Of a DNA stretch of 64,000 nucleotides, positions 1-10,234 are shown piece by piece. The notes below the pieces were generated by a model. That model worked only from the letters and a program-made list of their open reading frames with translations, was not told the DNA's origin and made no database searches. This DNA comes from Candidatus Poribacteria bacterium (GTDB taxonomy: Bacteria > Poribacteria > WGA-4E > PCPOR2b): contig OZ244042.1 in NCBI GenBank assembly GCA_965215015.1, forward strand, positions 5,632,001 through 5,696,000, read 5' to 3'. The position numbers and the translations under genes are program-made. How positions within the stretch are numbered: the first letter of the stretch is position 1; each line of letters starts with the position of its first letter.

Positions 1-2758
1 ACCGCACCTCGCCGTCCCGTATGGGCGTAGAATCCGCTATAAACTTGAAATTGATAGTCTGTTCACTTCCGGCGGGGAAGGTGTCGGTGCCGTCGACTTC
101 AAATCGAACCGCATCGCCTGAGGTCTTCACAACCGAGAGGATGGGGCGATCATTAATGTCGGTACCCTGGCCCTCCTGAAGTTCGGCACCATCAACCATC
201 ACTACCCATTTATACTCGCCGGCTTCTGCGAGGATATTGACCCTGCGGATTCTGGCGGTCACGGTTTTCCCTTTTTCAAGGTCAAGACCTGACCACTCAA
301 GGGTATCCCCGGCGTCGTTTACCTCTAACCCGTCAGAACCCGAAACATACCCATAGTCCGTCGAGGTGCTGGTTTGGAGTTTCTGGGTATCATCATCGAT
401 AACAATACCATCCGGCTTAATCGTTAGCGTGGCATTCTCAAGATCGGTGTAGGCGGTATATGTCAGGGCGATATCTCTCCGTTGAGAACCCGCCTCCACA
501 GAAGCAGGAGACAAGTCCACCTTACCAGAACCCGCCTTAGCAACCCACACCCCACCAATGATTTCATCTACCTCTATATCAGATGCAGAGGGGTCACCGA
601 CACCGACAAGGGTCTCCGCGATGATCTCCGGTTTGATAAACGGGTCCGCATCAGTCCCCGCACCCGTCCCGATACCAATCCCGGCCTCACGAGTATACGA
701 AACGATAATTTGCTGACCCGTATCAAGCCTGGTAATGGGGATATGTAGGTTAAGGGTGGAGAGCGGAACAGTCGGAGGATTATCTTCTGGTAGTAAGTCG
801 GATTTGACCCCGCCCCTGGTTTCCACCTTAAAATCCTCAATCTCAAGGGTGTCCTGTGGTCCTAAATGTGCTATCGCGCCGATATAATTTATGGTAAGTG
901 AACTATCGTGCATCGGCCCAGGAGCTGTGAAGGTGAGAGTGAATTCGGTATTTTCCTCACCCGAAAATACCCGCCCCGGTTCAATTGTCAGCTTTCTTTT
1001 GAGAGGGTCACGGTCGGTACCCCCTCCTATGATATTGCCAACCCTGACCTCGGGCCGATCGAACAGACCAAGCACACCGTTCCTCGTACTCTCACTGCAT
1101 AGGAATTCATAGATCTCATACGCAACATCATCGGCCTCATCATCAGCAGTACCCCGGTCGTCCGTATTAGGCAGACGAGGAGGAACCGGAGCCGTTACAT
1201 CACCCAATTGGATGATGAGTTCTCTATCATCCCGTTGGGTACCCCACGCCGAATCGAGGGCGACGGTTATCCGCTTGTCCGCTTCAAAGGCCACCCTATC
1301 CGTATCAGTACCTGAGACGGTGCCATCCTTATCCGTTTTGTATATTTCTGTGTCACCATCCATGACCGATAGAAACTTGTTAGACACCTTCCAATCGGCT
1401 GGAAACGCTATCCGAAAGCGGCCACCAGACAGGTTATCAATCGCAGATCCGTAGGTAAATTTCAGAACGTTCCGAAGACTGCCAGCAGCAAGCGGAAGCG
1501 TGCTAGTAATCTCTGGAGGTGCCTCACCAGCCGCTGCTCGGAAACCCCAACCTACGTGTACTACACTACCTACTACCCCCGGAACTGTTACATAAAAGTG
1601 GTCTTCACTGTAGTCGGGAATGTCGGTGCCTGTTTGTCTGCTGTCTTCCATATATTCGTGAAGAGGATAATTAGTATCGGGGTCGTTATCGGGCCTGTTA
1701 GACCCTCCATGAGTGCCATATACGGGCGCATGGGTCGGGGGGTTAAATATCTTGGACGTCGGTGGGTGCTGCAGGAGGCCGGGCCGTAGTGCATCCTGTA
1801 CGTCAGTAACAAGAGTAAATGGAGGGCTAGCATCCAGGAAGCGCTGCGGGAGATCGGTTGGTAATAGGGAATCCGTGTTCAGCCTCCTCCAGTTATCACT
1901 GTTGAATGTACTAGTGTCGAATGATCTTGGGTCGGTGGGTGGGGCGACGGGTGGGGCGGCGTTGACCTCGTACTCGAATCTATAGGTAGACTCAATGGGA
2001 TTGACAGGGAAACGTACGAAACAGGTGATTAGGTAGCTAAGTCTTACTACCGGAGCATCCGCTTTATGTAGATCACTTCTTTGCCTCGCCGTTGGAACCA
2101 CAGTTTCAAAATCCTCAGCTGAGTATCTGATTGTTATCCGATTCCCGTTAACGAATACACCCTTATCATCCCACTTTCCGTCAGAGTCCTCATGATAACT
2201 CATATTATATCGCCCATCATGTCGCTCGCGCGCGAATCGATTGCCGTAAAACACCCCATCACCGTCGTACGTGCGAGTGTCGCTGTCGGGGTCCCACCTG
2301 GCCAGGGTGTAGATGGGGAGAGAGATAAGGGCGTTTTTTCGCCACTTCGTAGCGTTTGCATCTGGAGCATCAGTTACACTTGTGCTATAAGCTGTGTGGG
2401 CAGCACGCAACCGGATGTACAGGGTGTTTCTCGGGTCCACCAACTCAACCCCGTCTGGGATGTCCAACCGAAACCCTTCCTTCGCGTCTTGGTTGTGCGT
2501 TGTATAATAAACCTTCATAACGTAAGTGCGGCCAGGCTCAATAGCGTCTAGTGGAGTCACCTGAACGAAAGGGCCGAGATTGAATGGAGTCTGCTCATCG
2601 AGAGTGTCGCGCGGGGCAAAGCGGAAACTTATAAAGTCCGCAAATATAATACCTGACGGTGCTGCCTCGTTAATAAACAACCCCACAAACAACATCAAAC
2701 TGATAACAAAAAATACGCTTAATTTCCGAAAATTTACATTTCTTGCTTGTTTAATCAC
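1..2758 (-). CDS. Large secreted/surface protein with repeated beta-rich modules (runs off window start, >=919 aa)
   Basis: GAAAGGA RBS then GTG at 2758; translation MIKQARNVNFRKLSVFFVISLMLFVGLFINEAAP is signal-peptide-like; same frame still reads sensibly at the window edge (TINFKFIADSTPIRDGEVR); absent from the ORF track, consistent with no stop in the window. Confidence 0.8.
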   Translation of the reverse strand, partial: MIKQARNVNFRKLSVFFVISLMLFVGLFINEAAPSGIIFADFISFRFAPRDTLDEQTPFNLGPFVQVTPLDAIEPGRTYVMKVYYTTHNQDAKEGFRLDIPDGVELVDPRNTLYIRLRAAHTAYSTSVTDAPDANATKWRKNALISLPIYTLARWDPDSDTRTYDGDGVFYGNRFARERHDGRYNMSYHEDSDGKWDDKGVFVNGNRITIRYSAEDFETVVPTARQRSDLHKADAPVVRLSYLITCFVRFPVNPIESTYRFEYEVNAAPPVAPPTDPRSFDTSTFNSDNWRRLNTDSLLPTDLPQRFLDASPPFTLVTDVQDALRPGLLQHPPTSKIFNPPTHAPVYGTHGGSNRPDNDPDTNYPLHEYMEDSRQTGTDIPDYSEDHFYVTVPGVVGSVVHVGWGFRAAAGEAPPEITSTLPLAAGSLRNVLKFTYGSAIDNLSGGRFRIAFPADWKVSNKFLSVMDGDTEIYKTDKDGTVSGTDTDRVAFEADKRITVALDSAWGTQRDDRELIIQLGDVTAPVPPRLPNTDDRGTADDEADDVAYEIYEFLCSESTRNGVLGLFDRPEVRVGNIIGGGTDRDPLKRKLTIEPGRVFSGEENTEFTLTFTAPGPMHDSSLTINYIGAIAHLGPQDTLEIEDFKVETRGGVKSDLLPEDNPPTVPLSTLNLHIPITRLDTGQQIIVSYTREAGIGIGTGAGTDADPFIKPEIIAETLVGVGDPSASDIEVDEIIGGVWVAKAGSGKVDLSPASVEAGSQRRDIALTYTAYTDLENATLTIKPDGIVIDDDTQKLQTSTSTDYGYVSGSDGLEVNDAGDTLEWSGLDLEKGKTVTARIRRVNILAEAGEYKWVVMVDGAELQEGQGTDINDRPILSVVKTSGDAVRFEVDGTDTFPAGSEQTINFKFIADSTPIRDGEVR

Positions 2759-2904
2759 AATAAAATCCTTTCACGGGAGTTAATCTTAGGTTGGTTAACA
2801 AGGATAGGGCCCTTTTCACGTCTTACAGACGCTACTGCAAAAGATAACCCTCCATCTATTGGATTCGCTTTGTTGACGTTTTTGAAAACAAAAAAGATCA
2901 ATAC

Positions 2905-3300
2905 TAAAGTAAAGGGTTTTGAATACACAATTTTATAATACAATCGATCGAAAGAATTGTCGATCGCAATCGAACATTTTTTTTAAAGAATCTGTGGTTT
3001 TTAGAGAATCTGTGGATAGAACCCCGTTGCCTGCAACTGTTCTGCCTGTTTAACAGGGGCCCAGACGGTCATGCGAACGGTACGACACACGCCGAGGACA
3101 AACGGAAATGGTAAAGTAAAGGGTTTTGAATACACAACTCTATAATACAACCGATCGAAAGAATTGTCGATCGCAATCGAACATTTTTTTTAAAGAATCT
3201 GTGGTTTTTAGAGAATCTGTGGATAGAACCCTGTTGCCTGCGACTGTTCTGCCTGTTTAACAGGGGCCCCAGACGGTCATGCGAACGGTACGACACACGC
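2905..3300. repeat. Tandem direct duplication of ~188 bp (2905-3092 and 3112-3300)
   Basis: Near-identical copies from TAAAGTAAAGGGTTTTGAATACAC to GGTACGACACACGC, period 207 bp. Confidence 0.95.
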
Positions 3301-4019
3301 GGGTGATAAACGGAATCTGTTGTGCCTTGAGAAACTTTATCACATATTTAGCACGAGCGAAGCCTCTATCGAATATCAACGTGGCTTCACACCGGTCCGG
3401 TAAAATCGCTTGTGTCTTTTGATACAGTGTGAGACAAAAGCGTTGGATAATCTCAGTATTCGGTGTAGAGGTGCCAGTAGATAGGAAGCACCCAGCGGCG
3501 GAACGGCACCGCGGCAACAATCGCTTTGAAATGGCCAAACACCTGGGTTTCAACCACTAAAATCAACCGGCGTGCAGCGTGAGGTTTACAGACCCGTCTG
3601 AGCACAAAGGCGAACCAGCACCCCATCACCGCGTCAATAGGAAAGGGACGAGCTAAGAATCGCAGCAGGCGTTTCTGTTTCGTCTTTTGATGTTTGACAG
3701 CTACCGGCAAGGGGGAAGCCATTTCGTTTATCCGAAACGTCTTGGCCAACACAATAGCTAAGGTAGTCAGTATCCGGTTTTTTAACGCCGGTCTTTTCAA
3801 TACGGGGTTGAAAATCTCGGTGAGAGTAGTTATCATAGGATTGGGATTCACCGGCTTATGGCGGTGTGTGCCTTTCATAATACCTCCTTGTTTAAAACAA
3901 TCGATATTTTAGACTTTTAGACAGGGAGGTGTTTTACCATATCTGACAACCCTTGTTCACATCTATACCTCTCTAAAACAACCAACAGGACACCTCTCAA
4001 AAAAATGGGGGTAAATGAG
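3257..4019 (-). mobile_element. Truncated, frameshifted IS4-like element (transposase pseudogene with one terminal repeat)
   Basis: ORFs 3453-3878 and 3257-3553 read as one frameshifted DDE transposase (RLLRFL, LILVVETQ, LIFDRGF); end CTCATTTACCCCCATTTTTTT at 4019 matches termini at 27795/27996 and 58823/59402. Confidence 0.85.
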
Positions 4020-4033
4020 AAGGCAATTTCCTA

Positions 4034-4062
4034 TTGACAAAGCATTTCGAGTGAGGTATGTT
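4034..4062 (+). promoter_or_regulatory. sigma70-type promoter
   Basis: TTGACA-17 nt-TATGTT upstream of the 4188 operon. Confidence 0.6.
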
Positions 4063-4187
4063 AGGGAAAAGAGTAGTAGGGGCCCCTTTCCTTCCATTTA
4101 CCCTTTGTTCTCACTGTAGTTCATAGGAGGAAAGCGGTAGCTTATTTTTGAAAGGTTGATGGATACAACAAAACAGGAAAACTTCCT

Positions 4188-5405
4188 ATGGCAAAAATCA
4201 AAGAAATTCGGTGTATTCGGACACGAGTCAATGGCACTTGGGTTATTGTGAAGATTACCACCGATCAGCCGGGGCTCTACGGCATTGGGTCTGCCAGCGA
4301 CCACTACCATGCTCAAACAGTCGTCACGGCGATTGAAGAGTACATCTCCCCTCGCTTGATTGGCCGAGAGGTTGGCTATATTGAAGACATCTGGCAGTCC
4401 ACCCTTACCAGTGGTTACTGGCGGAATGGGGCAATTTCAAACACCGCACTAGGGGGCATCGACATGGCACTTTGGGACATCAAAGGGAAAGAGGCGGGGA
4501 TGCCGGTCTACCAGCTTCTCGGCGGTCCCTGCCGAGCCGCCGTGCCGTGCTATGCACACGCTGGTGGTGGTGACTTCGTCGAGCTTGAGGACGATATCCG
4601 ACACTATATGGAAGAGGGGTATTCGGTTATTCGATGTCAGTTGGGCGGGTACGGCGGCGGTGGATTCATTGACGCTGATAAAGCAGGCCAGCCGAAGAAT
4701 GCTTGGGCCAACGCCCCTGCTTTCGATGATGAAGCATACCTTGAAAGCATCCCGAGGATGTTTGAATATCTGAGATCGAAGTTAGGATTTGGACCAAAAC
4801 TTACACACGACGTGCACGAGCACCTGCGCCCCCAGTGCGCGGTAACGTTGTCAAAACTTCTAGAACCTTACCGCCTCTTTTTTTTAGAGGATGTCCTCTC
4901 GCCTGAGCAGATTGACTGGTTTCGCCTGATTCGGCAGCAGTGCACCACCCCGCAGGCGATGGGAGAGCTATTTATTAACCCTCACGAATGGACCCCTCTC
5001 ATTACCGAGCGGCTGATTGACTTCGTCCGAGTCCGGGTATCGAAGGGCGGGGGCATCACCCCGTGCCGGAAGATTGCCACCCTCTGCGAATGGTTCGGCG
5101 TCAACACCGCATGGCAAGAGGGTGGAGATAATGATCCCGTTAACCAAGTGGCGGCAATGCACTTGGATTTAGCGAGTTGGAGTTTCGGTATTCAGGAAGA
5201 GAATCACTTCAGCCAAGAGGAACTTGATATCTTCCCTGGACACGCGATTCTTGAGGGTGGATACCTCTACGCGAATGATCAACCCGGGCTGGGGATTGAC
5301 ATTGACGAGGCGAAGGCAGCGCAAATTCTGGATGTTGAACAGGCGAAAAGCCCCAATTACGCCGCTGAAGATCGGAGAGCGGATGGAACGGTAGTACGAC
5401 CGTAG
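4188..5405 (+). CDS. Enolase-superfamily dehydratase, mannonate dehydratase/RspA-like
   Basis: GYWRNG, GIDMALWDIKGK, HDVHE, FFLED, AMGELF motifs. Confidence 0.9.
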   Translation: MAKIKEIRCIRTRVNGTWVIVKITTDQPGLYGIGSASDHYHAQTVVTAIEEYISPRLIGREVGYIEDIWQSTLTSGYWRNGAISNTALGGIDMALWDIKGKEAGMPVYQLLGGPCRAAVPCYAHAGGGDFVELEDDIRHYMEEGYSVIRCQLGGYGGGGFIDADKAGQPKNAWANAPAFDDEAYLESIPRMFEYLRSKLGFGPKLTHDVHEHLRPQCAVTLSKLLEPYRLFFLEDVLSPEQIDWFRLIRQQCTTPQAMGELFINPHEWTPLITERLIDFVRVRVSKGGGITPCRKIATLCEWFGVNTAWQEGGDNDPVNQVAAMHLDLASWSFGIQEENHFSQEELDIFPGHAILEGGYLYANDQPGLGIDIDEAKAAQILDVEQAKSPNYAAEDRRADGTVVRP

Positions 5406-5468
5406 TTGACAACTAAATCGGGACTGAGGATAAAATTTAGTTCGCCAATTATAGGAAGGAGATTAAAC

Positions 5469-6092
5469 ATGTTGAAAGCATCAATCGCAACCAGCTTTAA
5501 TTGCCCGGGCCCTAGCACTAACGGACTTGCTTGGCAGGGTGCAGCCATCTGGAGCGTCGAGGCTGGATCGACGTTACACAAAATTAACCCGCAGACCGGT
5601 GAGGTTATCCTTACCGTAAACCCGCCCGCATCGGGGGCCAGCGGACTTGAATGTGATGGCAGCCATTTCTGGTATACTGATATCGGGGAAAAAATGCTGT
5701 ACAAATTAACTGTGTCGGATTTGCAAATTGTCACTTCATTTCCGCCGCCGGGACCGAGTCCCCATGGGCTCGCTTGGGATGGAGAATCTCTGTGGAGTGC
5801 CGATGTGCAATCAGATCGGCACTATAAGGTGTCTCCTGAAACTGGAGAGATATTGGCAGAATTTCCATCCCCCGGCACACGCCCCCATGGGATTGCTTGG
5901 GATGGAACGACGCTGTGGAGTGCCGACACCGACACACACATTATCTCCCAAATTGACCCACATTCCGGGGAGATTCTCGATTCCTTTGAATGTCCCGGCG
6001 AACCGCACGGCTTGACCTGGGATGGCACACATCTCTGGTACGGCGATGACGCGGAGAAGACAATATGCAAAATTGCGCTGGAACGCGTTTAA
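5469..6092 (+). CDS. Beta-propeller repeat protein (glutamine cyclotransferase/Vgb-like)
   Basis: Five PHGLAWDGxxLW-type repeats; ATG at 5469 after AGGAGA. Confidence 0.8.
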   Translation: MLKASIATSFNCPGPSTNGLAWQGAAIWSVEAGSTLHKINPQTGEVILTVNPPASGASGLECDGSHFWYTDIGEKMLYKLTVSDLQIVTSFPPPGPSPHGLAWDGESLWSADVQSDRHYKVSPETGEILAEFPSPGTRPHGIAWDGTTLWSADTDTHIISQIDPHSGEILDSFECPGEPHGLTWDGTHLWYGDDAEKTICKIALERV

Positions 6093-6120
6093 TGGAAGTC
6101 ACTAAACTCTGAGGTCAGTT

Positions 6121-7284
6121 ATGACGCGAACGATAGGCATTGGTGTCATCGGTATGGGGTGGATGGGGACTGTACACAGCCGCTCCTACCGACAGATTCC
6201 GACCCGTTTTCAGGACTGTGACATTCGACCGCGCCTGGTCATCTGCGCCGATGAGGTGGAATCCCGTGCCCGTGAAGCACAGACGTTGTTGAGCTTTGAA
6301 CGATACACCACCGATTGGAGGCAGGTTATTGCCGATCCAGAGGTGGAGCTCGTCAACATTACTGCGCCAAATAATATGCACCTCGAAATTGCGAGAACGG
6401 CTGCCGAAGCGGGGAAGCACATCTTCTGCGAGAAGCCTGTCGGTCGAAATCCACAGGAAACCACTGCGATCGAAGATGCCGCTCGACGGGCTGGCGTCTT
6501 GACCTGTGTGGGCTATAATTACCGATGGGCACCGCTTGTGCAGTACGCCCGGCAATTGATTGAGGAGGGACGTCTCGGCAGGCTCACACACTATCGCGGA
6601 CGCTTCTTTGCAGGTTATGCTAGCAATCCGCACGCTGTGCTGTCGTGGCGTTTTCAGCGCGAGGTGGCGGGGTTGGGTACTTTGGGTGACCTGATGTCAC
6701 ATGTCGTTGATATGGCGCAGATGATAGCCGGTCCGATCAAGCGTTTAGTGGGCAACCGCGAAACTTTCGTTTCACAACGTCCGCTTGCCACCCCCGGCGA
6801 AGGCACGCACTTCACTGTCCGCACAGATGGGCCCACGGGCGAAGTCACCAACGAAGATTATGTCGGTGCGTTGGTGCAATTTTCCAATGGGGCACATGGC
6901 ACATTAGAGGGGTGTCGTGTCATAAATGGGCCCGAATGTCAGATGGCGTTTGAGGTCCACGGTACACGCGGCGCCTTACACTGGGATTTTGAGCGCATGA
7001 ATGAACTCCATCTGTTTCTCTCCGACAGTGTTGGTGGACATAACGGTTACACCCGTATTGTGAGTGGTCCTGAGCACCCGTTTCATGTACATTTCAATCC
7101 CGGTCCCGGTGTCGGTTTGGGCTACGAAGATTTAAAGGTCATCGAAGCCTATCAATTCTTAAAGTCAATCCGGGAGGGACACCAAGGTGAGCCTGCTTTT
7201 CGTGAGGCGTTAGCTGTGGCTAAGGTGTTAGGGGCGATTGAACGTTCATGGGAAACGGAGCGTTGGGAAGAGATACAGCCCTAA
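6121..7284 (+). CDS. Gfo/Idh/MocA oxidoreductase
   Basis: [18 protein letters not shown] motifs. Confidence 0.92.
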   Translation: MTRTIGIGVIGMGWMGTVHSRSYRQIPTRFQDCDIRPRLVICADEVESRAREAQTLLSFERYTTDWRQVIADPEVELVNITAPNNMHLEIARTAAEAGKHIFCEKPVGRNPQETTAIEDAARRAGVLTCVGYNYRWAPLVQYARQLIEEGRLGRLTHYRGRFFAGYASNPHAVLSWRFQREVAGLGTLGDLMSHVVDMAQMIAGPIKRLVGNRETFVSQRPLATPGEGTHFTVRTDGPTGEVTNEDYVGALVQFSNGAHGTLEGCRVINGPECQMAFEVHGTRGALHWDFERMNELHLFLSDSVGGHNGYTRIVSGPEHPFHVHFNPGPGVGLGYEDLKVIEAYQFLKSIREGHQGEPAFREALAVAKVLGAIERSWETERWEEIQP

Positions 7285-7429
7285 GCTGCCCGGTGCCTGT
7301 CTGAATGCGGAACGTGAAACGCAATGCGTAAGACGTTCATTAGGGGTTCATTGGTTGGTTGAATTGATAAATCCTATACATGCGTTCTCTCATGTAAAGA
7401 ATGAGTGCAACAGAAGCTATAGCGACTTG

Positions 7430-7512
7430 CCTCTCCCCTTACTTGCCGTTCCTCCCCCCGCTTGCGGGGGGACTGAGGGGGGTAGGGGACGGGGGACTTG
7501 GGGGTTACGAAG
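7430..7512. repeat. GC-rich palindromic intergenic repeat
   Basis: CCCCCCGC-TT-GCGGGGGG core with flanking C/G runs. Confidence 0.6.
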
Positions 7513-7584
7513 GGGCACTTCTCTTCCTGTTTTGCGCTTTCTTTTTTCATGAGCCCATGCGCTTTCATGAGGTAGGAGGTTACA

Positions 7585-8142
7585 ATGAAGATTCGTGAAG
7601 ATTGGATACCGGGCAGCATATTCCCAAACTTTGAACGCCCCAATCAAGATGGAATAATCAGAACGCTGGAGGAGTTGATGCGGGGCTGGCCGACGGTGCT
7701 TGTCTTTTGGCGCGGGGCATATTGACCGAAGGATGTTCTCCAGTTGGAGAATTATGCAAAGGAATTGCAGCCCGAATTGGAGGTCAACTACTGTAGGCTA
7801 ATCGCTGTCTCAGTCGATGATCAGGAAACAACGAGGGCACTTCGTGAACGTATCGGTGCGACGTGGCCCTTCCTAATTGACCTTGACCGGGCATTGATTA
7901 ATGAATTGGACATCGTAGACAATACGGACCCCACCCATTCGCCGATCCCCATCCCCTATACTTTTGTCCTTGACGGGGACCGTGAGATCTACAAGATTTA
8001 CAACGGTTGGTGGTTTGTTGGAAGGCCCACCGTCGAAGAGCTGCGGCACGATTTGCGGGCACTGTTAACGCGTCGGGACGACTATGAATATAATCGTGCG
8101 TGGGATGTCTCGGAGGCGGCGAGAGAGAAGGCGTTTCTCTAA
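7585..8142 (+). CDS. Peroxiredoxin-like (AhpC/TSA) selenoprotein, UxxD motif
   Basis: AGGAGG RBS, ATG 7585, MKIREDWIPGSIFPNFERPNQDG...VLVFWRGAY-TGA(7723-7725)-PKD, in frame with track ORF 7744-8142; TGA at the peroxidatic Cys position. Confidence 0.85.
7723..7752 (+). promoter_or_regulatory. Sec codon plus bacterial SECIS-like hairpin
   Basis: TTCTCC-AGTT-GGAGAA stem-loop; loop begins 16 nt after the TGA. Confidence 0.65.
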
Positions 8143-8412
8143 GCTTTCGCACCGGCGTAGATTCCATCGACAATAGCCGGATCCGTCCACATCTCTTGTG
8201 GCGTTATACAAAGAGCCGCAGAGTATTCGGGATGGTGGCTACCAAGAATCAGATTCAACGATTTGAGGCCCTTGTACCGCTCATCAAGATATATAGCGGT
8301 CTTGAGCGTGACTAATTGTCCAACTGCCAAATCGGATAACATCGGATACGTCCTCTTTCTTGGAAAACCAATCGTTGAAAGGGGTTCATGTCATGGATTT
8401 GCAGGGTCCCAC

Positions 8413-9189
8413 TCACTCAGGTCCGTACTGTCCCATATATCCTGTGCGGCCTCCGAGGATTTCCTTGAGTTCCCCTTCGCTAGCGTCGATCACTTCCTGC
8501 GTCGGACTGCATCCGGGCCAGCACTGCATCCATGGCGGGGTGAAACCGTAGAACATCGTATAACGGGTTCGCTCGGAGAGGATTGGGACGCCGGTATGAA
8601 CCAACGCCTCCGTGAAGTGCATCACCGATCCGGCCTTCGCTTCAATCTGAACAACCATCGTAGGGTCGAAGATTTCTCGCCAATCCTGCGCTTCAATTCG
8701 ATGTGAACCGTCCAGAATCATTGTGCCTCCATGTTCGGGATCAACGTCCGTTAGGTAGGTGGCATTGTTAAGAAACGTTGTGTTGATGTAGGGATGGTTG
8801 TTCGCCGGCACGATGCCATATTTCGGTCGAATGCCGCGATGCCACCCCATCTTTTCCGCGTCCCGAAGTTCATCGCGCCGTGTCGCCCGGTCTGGATGCG
8901 GGGATTTTATCATTGCGTGACAGCACTCAAAACGTGGAGGCGTTCCCAAGAGCTGCTTCAGAACGGGCAAAATCTTCGGCGACAGGATCCAATCCCGATA
9001 GATTGGGTCGTGGTTTACCATGTTGTTGATGTTCTTGATGTCCTCGGTATCCTTCATGGTCGAGACTTTTCTTTCGTAGAGGCGATCGAGGCCGCGCTTA
9101 AAGGCATCGACCTCTTCAGAGCTGAATACGTCCTCTTGAAGCACCCAACCATGAACCGCGAAATGGTAGAGTTGTGCATCGGTCAGCAT
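8413..9189 (-). CDS. PhyH-family Fe(II)/2OG enzyme with HxG motif (putative halogenase)
   Basis: PhyH pattern (GWVLQEDVFS, YLTDV..HGGTMILDGSH, ALVHTG, RTRY); metal motif WHRG. Confidence 0.85.
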   Translation of the reverse strand: MLTDAQLYHFAVHGWVLQEDVFSSEEVDAFKRGLDRLYERKVSTMKDTEDIKNINNMVNHDPIYRDWILSPKILPVLKQLLGTPPRFECCHAMIKSPHPDRATRRDELRDAEKMGWHRGIRPKYGIVPANNHPYINTTFLNNATYLTDVDPEHGGTMILDGSHRIEAQDWREIFDPTMVVQIEAKAGSVMHFTEALVHTGVPILSERTRYTMFYGFTPPWMQCWPGCSPTQEVIDASEGELKEILGGRTGYMGQYGPE

Positions 9190-9246
9190 CGCTCACTCCT
9201 ATCAATGGTTAAAGGCTTTGGGTCAATTTTTAACCTCTTTTAACCT

Positions 9247-10008
9247 CTAAATTTTCCCCTCTTTTTCCCATCGTTCCATCAGCTCTTTCCTGTACACCTC
9301 CTGACGTTCTTTATCCGCCTTGGCACGTTGGGCGTAATAGACAAGCCCCAATGCCCGGCGTGGCTTCGCAGTGGGATTCGGACCTGCGCGATGAATGGTC
9401 ATGCAGTGGTGCACGATTAGATCGCCCGGAGCGGCATGGATAGCTGCCTCTGCTTGGTAGTCCGTCTCCCCGTAGTCCGTAACCCCGAGGGAGAACCCGA
9501 ACACAGCTGTCTGGCGGTGGGGTCTCATACCTCGGCGGTGAGAACCCCGTACATAGTGAATGCAGCCGTTCTCGTTATTCACCGTATCTAGTGCCAACCA
9601 CAACGTCAGTGCCTCGTTCGGTTCGAGCATGAAGTAGAACCCATCCTGGTGGGGCGGTGTCTCTGCACCGCTGTGGGCGGGTTTCGTGAACCACTCCATA
9701 TTTTTACTTATAACCCCATCATCTAGCAGCAATTCCGCCAGCTTGGTAAACCGGGCACTCTCAGTAAGTTCCTTAAAATGGCTGTCGTAAGACGCCATGC
9801 GCTGCAACCGCATAATGCTTTCAGTCTGTCCCTTGACTTCGTAAAAGGCTGCGTCCGAGGGCAATCCGGGCAACGTCTCCACAATGAACCGATCAATGTG
9901 AGCGTTTAATGCCGCTGTCTCTTCCGGGGTATAGAAGCCGGGAATGACCACAAATCCATCTCGATCAAAGGCCTCCTTGAGTTGTTGTGAATCCTTCCGC
10001 CAATCCAT
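9247..10008 (-). CDS. PhyH-family Fe(II)/2OG dioxygenase
   Basis: PHQD, ENGC..VRGSH, TIHRA, RRAL. Confidence 0.9.
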   Translation of the reverse strand: MDWRKDSQQLKEAFDRDGFVVIPGFYTPEETAALNAHIDRFIVETLPGLPSDAAFYEVKGQTESIMRLQRMASYDSHFKELTESARFTKLAELLLDDGVISKNMEWFTKPAHSGAETPPHQDGFYFMLEPNEALTLWLALDTVNNENGCIHYVRGSHRRGMRPHRQTAVFGFSLGVTDYGETDYQAEAAIHAAPGDLIVHHCMTIHRAGPNPTAKPRRALGLVYYAQRAKADKERQEVYRKELMERWEKEGKI

Positions 10009-10234
10009 TTGAACTCCTTTCTATTATATAGGATTTACGCAGTTGAACGCTCGAAGCCTCCGTTCCGAGAGCCTTCGACTTGTATTGTAGTTCGGCGATT
10101 TATCCCCACTGGACATCCTTCCTAACGCCCGATGAATCGGGGGTCTACAACAGAGGCTCCATAAGGAGTTCGTAGGGAACACCGATCGGTTTCCCTTCGC
10201 ATTTTGCACCTTCTTACATGACCTCACCCCTTTA

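Noticed and set aside
8139-8342. 67-aa minus-strand ORF with an upstream in-frame TGA
   Set aside because: No family motif, no redox context for Sec, no clear SECIS; cannot be supported
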